A DNA stretch of 42,163 nucleotides from a virus (Duplodnaviria > Caudoviricetes): IMG/VR virus record IMGVR_UViG_3300010362_000042, positions 1 to 42,163 of that record. The stretch is one strand, 5' to 3'. This document shows, piece by piece, positions 24,470 to 32,997 of the stretch; within the stretch, counting starts at the first letter, position 1; the number at the start of each line of letters is the position of its first letter. The notes below the pieces were generated by a model. It ran no database searches. It saw only the letters and a list, made by a program, of their open reading frames with translations, and had not been told where the DNA came from. Both the position numbers and the translations under genes were made by a program.

Positions 24470-25783
24470 GTGCAAGAAACAGTCCAAGCGGATGCGATCC
24501 TGAAGAACTACTATCTTCCGGTCCTCCGTGAGATGATTAACCAGCGCGCTCTGCTCATGTTCGGGTACTCCCCGGAAGAGATTGGGCGCGGTGCTGGCTC
24601 GGCGAACGCTGCCAACGGTGAGTCGCAGCCCTATCGGGGCATTTCTCGCGACGCCACCAAGGTCGAGTTCGCTGGCCGCAAGTGGGTGTTCACCGCCCAC
24701 ACCAAGCGGAACGAGTCCGGCACCATGCGTGACGAGCCACAGAACGTGGCCGGCACTGCGGGTGCAATCCTGCCACCGCCGGGACAGCAGCAGTGGGAGG
24801 ACTTTGAGGACAAGGTCCGTCGCGCGTACAAGCAGATTCAGATCTCTGGCTTCTCGCTCGCAGTCTCTGAGCGGTCGCTGGGGTCGTATCTGCGACTCCT
24901 CGAGGCGGAGACCGAGGGTGCAGTCAACGACCTTCGGAAAGACCTCAACCGCCAGGGCTTCGGCGATCAGACCGGTGCTCTCGCGGCGATCACCACTGGC
25001 GCTGCGCCAGGTGCGACGTTCACGGTGGACAACCTGCAGTACCTGCGGGTGGGGATGCAGATCGACTTGGTCAACAAGTCGACGGATGCCGTCCTCAACA
25101 GTGCGGTGGGTACGTTGACCATCACCGCTATCAACACGTCCAACCGCCAGGTGACGGTCAACAACGCCACACTCACCATCGTCGCAGGCACTCACGTGCC
25201 AGTCGTTCAGGGCAACTGGAAGAAGGAGATGAACGGACTCCGGAACTTCGTCCGGTCGGACGTTTATCCCATCCTCCACGCGACGGATGGTTCGTCTGCC
25301 GCGAACGACTACTGGCGTGGGAAGTTCATTGATGGCGGGAACACCACCTTCGACGAGGACGTTGCTCAGTTGCTGCTGGACAACATCGGCGGAGAGGGCA
25401 AGGAGACCCAGATCATCATCACCACCAGGGGTGTTCGCCGGCGGTACGCGAACACGCTCAAGGCTCAGAAGCGGTTCAACGACGCCATGAGCCAGACCCT
25501 GCATGGCGGCTTTAAGTACCTGGATTTCAACGGGTACCCCATGCTGTACGACGATGACTGCCCGAAGCAGCATGCCTGGTTCCTCACTCCCGACGACTTC
25601 CTCTGGATTTGGTTGCAGAGCAACGACTTCCAGTGGATGCAGCGGGATGGGGCCGTGCTGCGTAAGGTCGAGAACCCGGACCTGGACGCGTACAAGGCGA
25701 CTCTGTACAAGTACATGGACTTCGGGTGCACTCGGCGCAACACCCAGGGCGTCATCTACAACCTCGCGGACGACATTCCGTAA
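24470..25783 (+). CDS. Major capsid protein
   Basis: 437 aa; ILKNYYLP, DLRKDLNRQGFGD, EMNGL, LHGGFKYLDFNGYPMLYDDDCP; strong codon bias; SD AAAGGAGG. Confidence 0.9.
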   Translation: MQETVQADAILKNYYLPVLREMINQRALLMFGYSPEEIGRGAGSANAANGESQPYRGISRDATKVEFAGRKWVFTAHTKRNESGTMRDEPQNVAGTAGAILPPPGQQQWEDFEDKVRRAYKQIQISGFSLAVSERSLGSYLRLLEAETEGAVNDLRKDLNRQGFGDQTGALAAITTGAAPGATFTVDNLQYLRVGMQIDLVNKSTDAVLNSAVGTLTITAINTSNRQVTVNNATLTIVAGTHVPVVQGNWKKEMNGLRNFVRSDVYPILHATDGSSAANDYWRGKFIDGGNTTFDEDVAQLLLDNIGGEGKETQIIITTRGVRRRYANTLKAQKRFNDAMSQTLHGGFKYLDFNGYPMLYDDDCPKQHAWFLTPDDFLWIWLQSNDFQWMQRDGAVLRKVENPDLDAYKATLYKYMDFGCTRRNTQGVIYNLADDIP

Positions 25784-25785
25784 CC

Positions 25786-26241
25786 ATGGAAATCCACGCC
25801 GTCTCCACCTGGATCGACCAACACCACGGAGTGGTCCGGGTGGAGGACGACGTGGCTAACGTGGTACGGGATATCCACGAAATCAGCCCGCGCATCCACG
25901 TCTACTACAACGAGCAGACAGGAAACTTCGACCTAGTCGAGAGCTGCCTCGACCATACAGACCGCCTGATCTTCTCTGTGGTTCACTTGGATGCGCGGGT
26001 TGTAGATCGCCTCCGCACGGCCGACCAGTGGCGTGGGCGTGAGGACCCGGCCCACTTGCTTGGTGAGGACGAGGACTTCCTCACCCTGATGGACGACCAA
26101 AACACCGCTGCTGATGCTGCGAGGGACGAGCGCGAGAAAGACCAGATTCGTGACGTTGGTGAGCGCCTTGCTTGGGCCCTCGAGGAGGACGGTCGAGGCA
26201 CTCACGCTCAGATCAGCGTCCCAAAGGAGCTCAATGAGTAG
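25786..26241 (+). CDS. Hypothetical virion-module protein
   Basis: ATG 25786; LDARVVDRLR motif; directly after the capsid gene. Confidence 0.7.
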   Translation: MEIHAVSTWIDQHHGVVRVEDDVANVVRDIHEISPRIHVYYNEQTGNFDLVESCLDHTDRLIFSVVHLDARVVDRLRTADQWRGREDPAHLLGEDEDFLTLMDDQNTAADAARDEREKDQIRDVGERLAWALEEDGRGTHAQISVPKELNE

Positions 26242-26914
26242 CATCACCATACCCGAGGTGATCCAGGAGCTCCGCAATCGGGGCTTCGAAGGCTTTGATG
26301 CGGGGGACCTCACTCGGTACATCGACTGGGGCTTTCGCAAGATCGTTCGCATGGCTAACTGGGACTGGGAGCAGGCGATTGCTACCGTCCAGCTAGAGGC
26401 GGGCGTTTACAAGATCACTGTGGGTGGTCCTGATGATCCACTGCTTGCGTGGACTGACGTTCCCCTGCTGAGGGATCTGATGAGGATCATCGACACCACC
26501 TCAGGCCAGTCGCTTGCTCTGAAGCCTATCAGCGACGAGGAGTGGACAGATCAGTGGCTTACTTCCAACCTCGATGATGCTGGATCTCGGGGTAATCCTG
26601 ACCGCTATTACTTTGAGTGGGCCAACGCCATCTACATTCTGCCACCACCACAGACCCAGAAGATCTACAAGCTGTACATGTGGCAGTACATCGGGGACGC
26701 AGACTCTGGGCTCGCTTACCTACCACCTGACTGGGAGGAGGCTGTGCTATTGAGCGCTGAGTGTATCTGTCACTATCGCGCTCGCCAGCCTGAGTTTGCC
26801 CAGGAGTGTGAGATGCGGCTCGGGGTCATGGTCGCCGATATGCTGATCGAGCAGAACATGAAGGATCCCGCGTTCCAAGAGAGAGTTGATGGGCCGTGGT
26901 CACGCGTGAGGTAA
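26234..26914 (+). CDS. Head-tail adaptor (tail tubular A-like)
   Basis: LTRYIDWG...NWDWE...GNPDRYY...YILPPP...LPPDWEEAV pattern; SD AAGGAG. Confidence 0.75.
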   Translation: MSSITIPEVIQELRNRGFEGFDAGDLTRYIDWGFRKIVRMANWDWEQAIATVQLEAGVYKITVGGPDDPLLAWTDVPLLRDLMRIIDTTSGQSLALKPISDEEWTDQWLTSNLDDAGSRGNPDRYYFEWANAIYILPPPQTQKIYKLYMWQYIGDADSGLAYLPPDWEEAVLLSAECICHYRARQPEFAQECEMRLGVMVADMLIEQNMKDPAFQERVDGPWSRVR

Positions 26915-27093
26915 TCGCGGATCAGGTTCGCCTCTGGTCGGAGATGCCCGAAGACGAGAGAGGCGATCTGGATGACTTCATCAGGTCATTTCTCGAAGAA
27001 AATATTCCACCCTCAGAACGAAAGATCCAGCGTGGGGGCGAGTACATCGACGCCATAGACTACATCATGGGAGACCTCGAGCACTATGGCTAA
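26896..27093 (+). CDS. Small hypothetical protein
   Basis: Fills the gap between adaptor and nozzle. Confidence 0.5.
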   Translation: MVTREVIADQVRLWSEMPEDERGDLDDFIRSFLEENIPPSERKIQRGGEYIDAIDYIMGDLEHYG

Positions 27094-28678
27094 GGAGATG
27101 GCGCAGAAAATTCCAGGCTTCGGTGGGGGAGTCTTCATGTTCAACAACCCCTCCTCTGACCAGGCCTTCAACATCTCCAACATGATTATAGACCCCGATG
27201 GTCGTGCTTACAAGCGGCAGGGGGCCGGGTATCAGAGCCGTATTCCGCCGTTGGGCAAGCAGGTGATGAGCATGTTTTCGTGGTACCGCTTCGGTAACCC
27301 CACTCAGATCCTCGCGCACGGTGAAGACGGCCACCTGTACTACAGTACGGACATGGTGAACTGGACTGACGGCGGGTCAGGTTTGTCTACCACAGAGCCT
27401 GCTTCGTTCACCGTTGGCTATAGCGCTGGGGGTGGTTCAGTTACTGCGCTCAATGCTCCAGCTGTCTACATAGCCGACGGGGCTAAACTGTGGCGGTGGT
27501 CTGGTTCGGTGCTGCTTGACATTACTGCGGCGTTGGGCTCTCCCCCTCCCCCTCTACCCGGCATTGTCCCACGGTACGTACTGTGGTGGAAGGATACGCT
27601 GTGGGTGGCAACTGGCAAGAACAGTCCCAACCCTGAATACCTCTGTGGTAGCGGCGCTGGCAATGCCGACACTTTCCCAGCTACCACCTTCGTCCGTATC
27701 GGTACCGGTGATGGGGACTACATCACTGCGCTGTTCACCGCTAGCCAGGAGCTGGTCGTGAGCAAGCGACGTCGGACTTTCATGGTGGTGAGTGCATCGA
27801 CTCTCGAGAACCGCGTGAGCGACTACGAGAAGGGCTGTGAGTCCCACTTTTCGGTGGCGAAGTTTGATGCAGAGGTCTACTATCTGACGAGGTTTGGCGT
27901 TGCACGGTACGTTAAGGACGCCCCCGCTCAGATCGTGTCCGACAACATTCAGCCTCTATTCTCCACCATCTTCCTCAACCTCGCCCAGCTTGAGCGCTGT
28001 CACGTTTACCGAGTCCACCATAAGATTGGATGGACACTGGTGAGGCAGGGCCAAACTCTCCCAGACTTTCAGATCGAGTACTACCCTCAGTACCCTCGAC
28101 AACCGTGGACTTTCCACCGTATGCAGGCTCAGACCTTCGTTACGCTGAGAGACACGCAGGAGAAGCTTTACTTCGCTCACACTGGTCCCAACGACCCCCG
28201 CATCTACGAGGCATTTCAACTTGCTGCCTCTACGGATGATGGCACTTTCTTCCAGGGCCTCATTCAGAGCGTGTGGACAGACTTGGGTGACCCGATCAAC
28301 CGTAAGTACCTGCGAGCGATCCGCCTCTGGGGCGATGGTAAGTTTCACGTCCAGGTCAAGAAGGACCGCCGTGACGACGCGGGTCAGTTGATGACCGCCG
28401 ACCTTAATCCGCCTCAACCGCTCTGGAACGATCCCGGTGATAAGTGGGATCCCAACGATGAATGGGGCAGTAAGGGCAGTATAGGATCGGATATCGTGTA
28501 CCCCGATCAGTACGGCAGGCAGTTCTCTGTCCTGTTCTTCGACCTCGACGACATTCCGCCGACTGAGGGCACTCCCAAGCCTCGGCGCGGTGTTGCTGAT
28601 CTGACTTACACTCACCCTCGTGGGTGGTCAATTCTTGAGGCGACCCTTGAACTTGTACAGATGGGAGAACTCGGGTGA
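27086..28678 (+). CDS. Tail nozzle or stabilization protein (P22 gp10/T7 gp12-like beta-propeller)
   Basis: FGGG N-terminus, NMIIDPDGRAYKRQG, GDGDYITAL, GCES, VSDNIQP, DLGDPINRKYLR. Confidence 0.8.
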   Translation: MAKEMAQKIPGFGGGVFMFNNPSSDQAFNISNMIIDPDGRAYKRQGAGYQSRIPPLGKQVMSMFSWYRFGNPTQILAHGEDGHLYYSTDMVNWTDGGSGLSTTEPASFTVGYSAGGGSVTALNAPAVYIADGAKLWRWSGSVLLDITAALGSPPPPLPGIVPRYVLWWKDTLWVATGKNSPNPEYLCGSGAGNADTFPATTFVRIGTGDGDYITALFTASQELVVSKRRRTFMVVSASTLENRVSDYEKGCESHFSVAKFDAEVYYLTRFGVARYVKDAPAQIVSDNIQPLFSTIFLNLAQLERCHVYRVHHKIGWTLVRQGQTLPDFQIEYYPQYPRQPWTFHRMQAQTFVTLRDTQEKLYFAHTGPNDPRIYEAFQLAASTDDGTFFQGLIQSVWTDLGDPINRKYLRAIRLWGDGKFHVQVKKDRRDDAGQLMTADLNPPQPLWNDPGDKWDPNDEWGSKGSIGSDIVYPDQYGRQFSVLFFDLDDIPPTEGTPKPRRGVADLTYTHPRGWSILEATLELVQMGELG

Positions 28679-30276
28679 CGCAGGTACAGTTACCTCGCCG
28701 ACCGACGATCAACGACTTCGTCCAGGACAATGACGAGGCTCTGATGCGGGTCCTGAATGGAGACATTCGGGATGACAATGTCTCAGAGTTTGCTGACCTC
28801 GACGGCAAAAAGATTAAGATCGGTAGTATCCCGCCTGACAGGGTGCAGTCGGGTGTGCCTACTATCTACGACTCTGACCCCGTGGGCACGATCAAGGCTT
28901 ACTCGGGAGCGGTTATCCCCACGAACTGGGTCCTCGCTGACGGTCGTTCGCTGCTCCGCACGGATTACCCAGACTTGTTCACTGCTATCGGCACCACCTA
29001 TGGGGCTGCTGACAGCGATCACTTCAACATTCCCGACCTGCGGAACCGGTTCATCTACGGGGCGAGTGGGGCGAACGCGAACGCCAAGGGCGGTACGACT
29101 CAGGAGACACTGGACACCACAAAAATCCCAGCCCACACCCATACGATCAGCCCTGCTGATGGTGCTCACTCCCACGAAGCTCGTCCTGTGCCGGGTAACC
29201 CCCCGTCGGGCTTTGTTGGCATTTACAACGCTGGCTTCCCCATGTACGATTCTGGGCTAAAGTGGGGGTCAGCGGCTTCGCCTGTCTTTGCTGTCGATAA
29301 CACTCCAGTTGGTGGGGCCCACACTCACACCATCCAGAATGCTGGCGGTGGAGCACCGCACAACAACCTACCACCGTATGTTCTTATCGCTCAGATCATC
29401 AAGCTTACTGGGGCTCAGATAAACTCTGGTGGTGCCCTCCAGGGAGCGACTGGCGCTCAGGGACCGCAGGGTATACCTGGTACACCGGGCTCGATTTGGC
29501 GTAGTGGTACTGGGCCGCCATCAGGTGCTCTCGGTATCGTTGGCGACTGGTATGAGAATGATGCCAACGGTGATATCTACGAGAAGACAGGCGCCTCGAC
29601 CTACACTCTCCGTGACAATCTCACTGGACCTCAGGGTCCGCAGGGCATTCAAGGAATCCAAGGCATTCAGGGGCCTACTGGTGCCACAGGCCAGGCTGAG
29701 GCGTGGTTCAGTGGTAGCGGCGCTCCCGCTGGCGGCACAGGGGCTGTGGGTGACTGGTACCTCGATACCGCTTCGGGCGACGTCTACGAAAAGACTGGTG
29801 CCTCCACGTGGACGCCGCGCGGAAACATCAAAGGTCCGACGGGAGCTACAGGGCCAGCTGGAGTCATTCAGACTGCTAAGGCCCACAGCGCTACTAACGG
29901 TGTTGCTTGGTCCGCCGCCGATACAAACGGGCGAGGCTATGCACCCACCCTGACCGCAGACTGGGATGACATTGGTGCTCAGTGGACTACAACTGTAGGT
30001 AGGTGGACGTGTAAGTCTGCCGGCAAATGGCTTGTCCAGCTTGCGGTTGGGGACCACTCAGCCAACGGGACGTGCTTGGTTGGTATATTCCTGAACGGAG
30101 CTACGATAATCCGGCGAGTGCAGGGCACACTTACTCGAGGCGCGGACGGCTCGGCTCCTGGCCTCATAGTTTCGATCCTCTACCAATTCGCTCTTAATGA
30201 CACTGTCCACCTGTGGGGTTGGCATTCAGGTGGAGGCACTGCGTCCATGGTAATCGAGGCCATGAAGGTCGGCTAG
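28675..30276 (+). CDS. Tail fibre with tail-collar domain and collagen-like segments
   Basis: PVGTIKAYSG...WVLADG...YPDLFTAIGTTYG...FNIPDLR collar; HNNLPPY; Gly-X-Y runs separated by two GDWY..GD(I/V)YEKTG repeats. Confidence 0.9.
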   Translation: MTQVQLPRRPTINDFVQDNDEALMRVLNGDIRDDNVSEFADLDGKKIKIGSIPPDRVQSGVPTIYDSDPVGTIKAYSGAVIPTNWVLADGRSLLRTDYPDLFTAIGTTYGAADSDHFNIPDLRNRFIYGASGANANAKGGTTQETLDTTKIPAHTHTISPADGAHSHEARPVPGNPPSGFVGIYNAGFPMYDSGLKWGSAASPVFAVDNTPVGGAHTHTIQNAGGGAPHNNLPPYVLIAQIIKLTGAQINSGGALQGATGAQGPQGIPGTPGSIWRSGTGPPSGALGIVGDWYENDANGDIYEKTGASTYTLRDNLTGPQGPQGIQGIQGIQGPTGATGQAEAWFSGSGAPAGGTGAVGDWYLDTASGDVYEKTGASTWTPRGNIKGPTGATGPAGVIQTAKAHSATNGVAWSAADTNGRGYAPTLTADWDDIGAQWTTTVGRWTCKSAGKWLVQLAVGDHSANGTCLVGIFLNGATIIRRVQGTLTRGADGSAPGLIVSILYQFALNDTVHLWGWHSGGGTASMVIEAMKVG

Positions 30277-30284
30277 GAGGATAG

Positions 30285-30914
30285 ATGACTCAGGTAGCCC
30301 TTCCATTCCGTCCCATCGCTGGTGATCCTGAGGACATCTCCCAGGTCATGGCGGACTTCGACGCCATTCTCACTGTGCTCAATGGGGACATTAGGAACGA
30401 CAACATCGCCACTCTTGCGGCTATCGCTGTGGCGAAGCTTGCAGCCGGCAGTAACGGAGACCGCCTTGAGATGGTGGGCGGTGTACCGACGTGGATCAAA
30501 ACTGCCCGCGCTAGGGCTCACCGTTCAAGCGTAACTCTCGCCCACGCTGCTCATACTGCTATACCTTTCGACGTTGAGGACGCGGACACCGATAGCATAG
30601 TTGATGTAGCTGGAGGTACACCGTCTCGGTTCGTAATCAAGACTGCCGGTACTTACATGGTCTCTGGTAGTGTTTTCTTCCCACCCGGGACTGCGGGCCC
30701 TCGCTATGCCTATCTCAGAAAACAGGGGACTACGGCGCTGAACGGCATTGAGGTCCCAGCCGTTGCATCTCCTGACAACACGGTGCTGAGTCCAAACGAT
30801 ATAGTCTCAATGGCGGTCAATGAGTACCTCGAACTTATTGGCTACCAGGTGAGCGGTGGTGGTAGCCTCGCTGGGTGCAGCGCAAATCTTTCGGTCTACA
30901 GAATGGGGGCATAA
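30285..30914 (+). CDS. Second short fibre or receptor-binding protein (C1q-like C-terminus)
   Basis: N-terminus paralogous to the fibre (MTQV.LP.RP...VLNGDIR.DN); IPFD...RFVIKTAGTYMV. Confidence 0.7.
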   Translation: MTQVALPFRPIAGDPEDISQVMADFDAILTVLNGDIRNDNIATLAAIAVAKLAAGSNGDRLEMVGGVPTWIKTARARAHRSSVTLAHAAHTAIPFDVEDADTDSIVDVAGGTPSRFVIKTAGTYMVSGSVFFPPGTAGPRYAYLRKQGTTALNGIEVPAVASPDNTVLSPNDIVSMAVNEYLELIGYQVSGGGSLAGCSANLSVYRMGA

Positions 30915-31702
30915 TGGCGGTACGTCGACTCGTTCCACTTCCTAACTACGGTCGAACTCCACTACATCCCGTACTTCACCCCGCTTTTCACGCAGCGGCT
31001 GCACGACTACGCCACATAGCGCTGAATCCCCCTCCACCCGCTTACGTACGGCCTACGTTCCACGGATACCCTGCGCTAAACGAGGTCGGCGATGATGAGG
31101 GCATTGGCGGTGCCTTAGGTCATCCCGGAGTCAATAGGCCTCCAATGCCCCCGGGCTCCAGTGGTGGTCCCCCGGCTGGGGGTGGTGGAGGCTACGCGGG
31201 TCAACCTGTTCCGGGTCGAGGGTCGGGTTATCTCACTTGGAACCCGCAGCTCATTAACCCCGACTCTGCCCTTGGTGGTTACTCTGACTCTCAGTGGATG
31301 GCGGACAAGAACGCTGCCACCACAGCCCTAATGACTAGCTACCACAAGACGCTGCAGGACCTCGGCTATATGGACGATGCAGGCCACTTCGTTGAGGGCA
31401 ATCTCATGCTTCAGGATCGTCGTCAGCGAGCTCTCGACGCTCTTGGCATGAGGGATGCGGACACCCTCGTCACCGATGAGGCTCGCGAGCGTGGTACACT
31501 GTGGTCAGGCGTACGAGCACAGCGACTTGGTGAAGAGCAGCGCCAGTACGTCCAAGACCTTTCTGACCTGGATATCAACACTCCTCGAGACATCTCTCAA
31601 GGCTACACTGACATTGGTGGTTACTTCGAGGACTACAACACCGCCATTGGACGTGCTATCCAGGCCGCACTCGAGCGTCAGGCAGCAAGACTCGCCCCGT
31701 AG
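30914..31702 (+). CDS. Putative internal virion (ejection) protein
   Basis: ATG 30914 in TAATG overlap; G/P-rich then helical (ARERGTLWSG). Confidence 0.6.
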   Translation: MAVRRLVPLPNYGRTPLHPVLHPAFHAAAARLRHIALNPPPPAYVRPTFHGYPALNEVGDDEGIGGALGHPGVNRPPMPPGSSGGPPAGGGGGYAGQPVPGRGSGYLTWNPQLINPDSALGGYSDSQWMADKNAATTALMTSYHKTLQDLGYMDDAGHFVEGNLMLQDRRQRALDALGMRDADTLVTDEARERGTLWSGVRAQRLGEEQRQYVQDLSDLDINTPRDISQGYTDIGGYFEDYNTAIGRAIQAALERQAARLAP

Positions 31703-31713
31703 AAAGGAGAACG

Positions 31714-32997
31714 ATGGCCACCATCCGTAAGATTCGCTCCCCCGCACGACTTAGGGCCATCGCTCGGTCTCAGGTCGGGGCGGAGATCAGCAGTCAATTA
31801 GGCCCATACACTTCGCAGAGGAACCAGCTTGTCAACCGCCGTCAGCGAGCGTTGGGCGACATGGACAAGATTTGGCAGGGGGTCGACGACTACAACCTCA
31901 AGGCTCTCGGTATCATGGGGAGCTTCCAGACACAGACGGCTGGCCTTGAGAAGCAGGCCTTCGATCAAGCCTCCGCTCGACTCGACCAGTTCCGGCAGCA
32001 GAGGGCTGCTGAAGCACAAGCCCTCGCTCAGCAGACCGGTGGCCCTGTTCCACTCTCGGCCTTCACCGAAGGGATCGACCCTGGGAACATACAGCCCAGC
32101 TCTGCTGCTGGAGCCCTCATGGGTGCTATCGGTGCTGGTCAGGATCAGTTCGCGGACATCGGTCGCACCACCTCCGAGGTATTTCCACTGATCAAGGTGG
32201 AGCAGAACAAGCAGCTTCGTGAAGATTACGAGGACAAAATCAGCGCGGTGCAGGACGAGATTGCCAACATCAAGGGCCAGCGTGGTGGGATGGTCAACAA
32301 GCGCTACGCTGACCTACTTGCTGCAGAGCGCGACTACCAGATGGCTGGGGCCACTCTGGGTGAGAATGTCGCCGCTCGAAAGGCCGGCAATAAGCTTGAT
32401 CGAGCTAAGCTTACTGAGCAGCAGCGTGAGTTCAACAGACAAGCTGCCCAGGAGGACGCGAGGATCAAGATCTCCAGTCGCACTGCCAAGGCGAAGGGCA
32501 CCGAGCAGCTTAACGCGCAGGACCTCATGGACAAGCTCTACAACGGTGGAGAATACCGCGAGTACTACTCCACGAGCTACGTCCCCGTTGGCTTCATGAA
32601 CTCCTTCGATGCGGCTCAGAAGGGCTACATTCTCAACCCGAACCCCGCTGGTGGTAAGCGGGTCACGGACAAGAACGGCAACTACATGTACTACAAGATA
32701 GTCAACAAGAAGAAGTCGCTGCAGGCCCAGCAAGGCATCAACCCGGACACGATCAATCCCTCTACAGGTCAGAAATGGGGCGTTGCAGCGTACGGTGAGA
32801 TTTACCGTCAGCTCGTGGGTAACGGAGTACCACTCAACGTCGCTAAGCAGCTGGTGCTCATCAAGTACAACCTCCCAGCTAACTACGCATTCCCAGCCGT
32901 GATTGCACCGCCACTGCCTAAGTACACACCTCCAAAGCCTGGGCGTAAGCGGAGCAACAGGCGAGGAGCTAACCGAAAGACTGACGCCAACCGCTGA
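31714..32997 (+). CDS. Putative internal virion (ejection) protein
   Basis: Helical, Q/A-rich, EQQREFN motif; position after the fibres. Confidence 0.65.
   Translation: MATIRKIRSPARLRAIARSQVGAEISSQLGPYTSQRNQLVNRRQRALGDMDKIWQGVDDYNLKALGIMGSFQTQTAGLEKQAFDQASARLDQFRQQRAAEAQALAQQTGGPVPLSAFTEGIDPGNIQPSSAAGALMGAIGAGQDQFADIGRTTSEVFPLIKVEQNKQLREDYEDKISAVQDEIANIKGQRGGMVNKRYADLLAAERDYQMAGATLGENVAARKAGNKLDRAKLTEQQREFNRQAAQEDARIKISSRTAKAKGTEQLNAQDLMDKLYNGGEYREYYSTSYVPVGFMNSFDAAQKGYILNPNPAGGKRVTDKNGNYMYYKIVNKKKSLQAQQGINPDTINPSTGQKWGVAAYGEIYRQLVGNGVPLNVAKQLVLIKYNLPANYAFPAVIAPPLPKYTPPKPGRKRSNRRGANRKTDANR

Noticed and set aside
24284-25573. 429-aa minus-strand ORF, and similar long antisense ORFs over portal, nozzle and ejection genes
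   Set aside because: Shadow frames caused by biased codon usage; no SD or recognisable motifs
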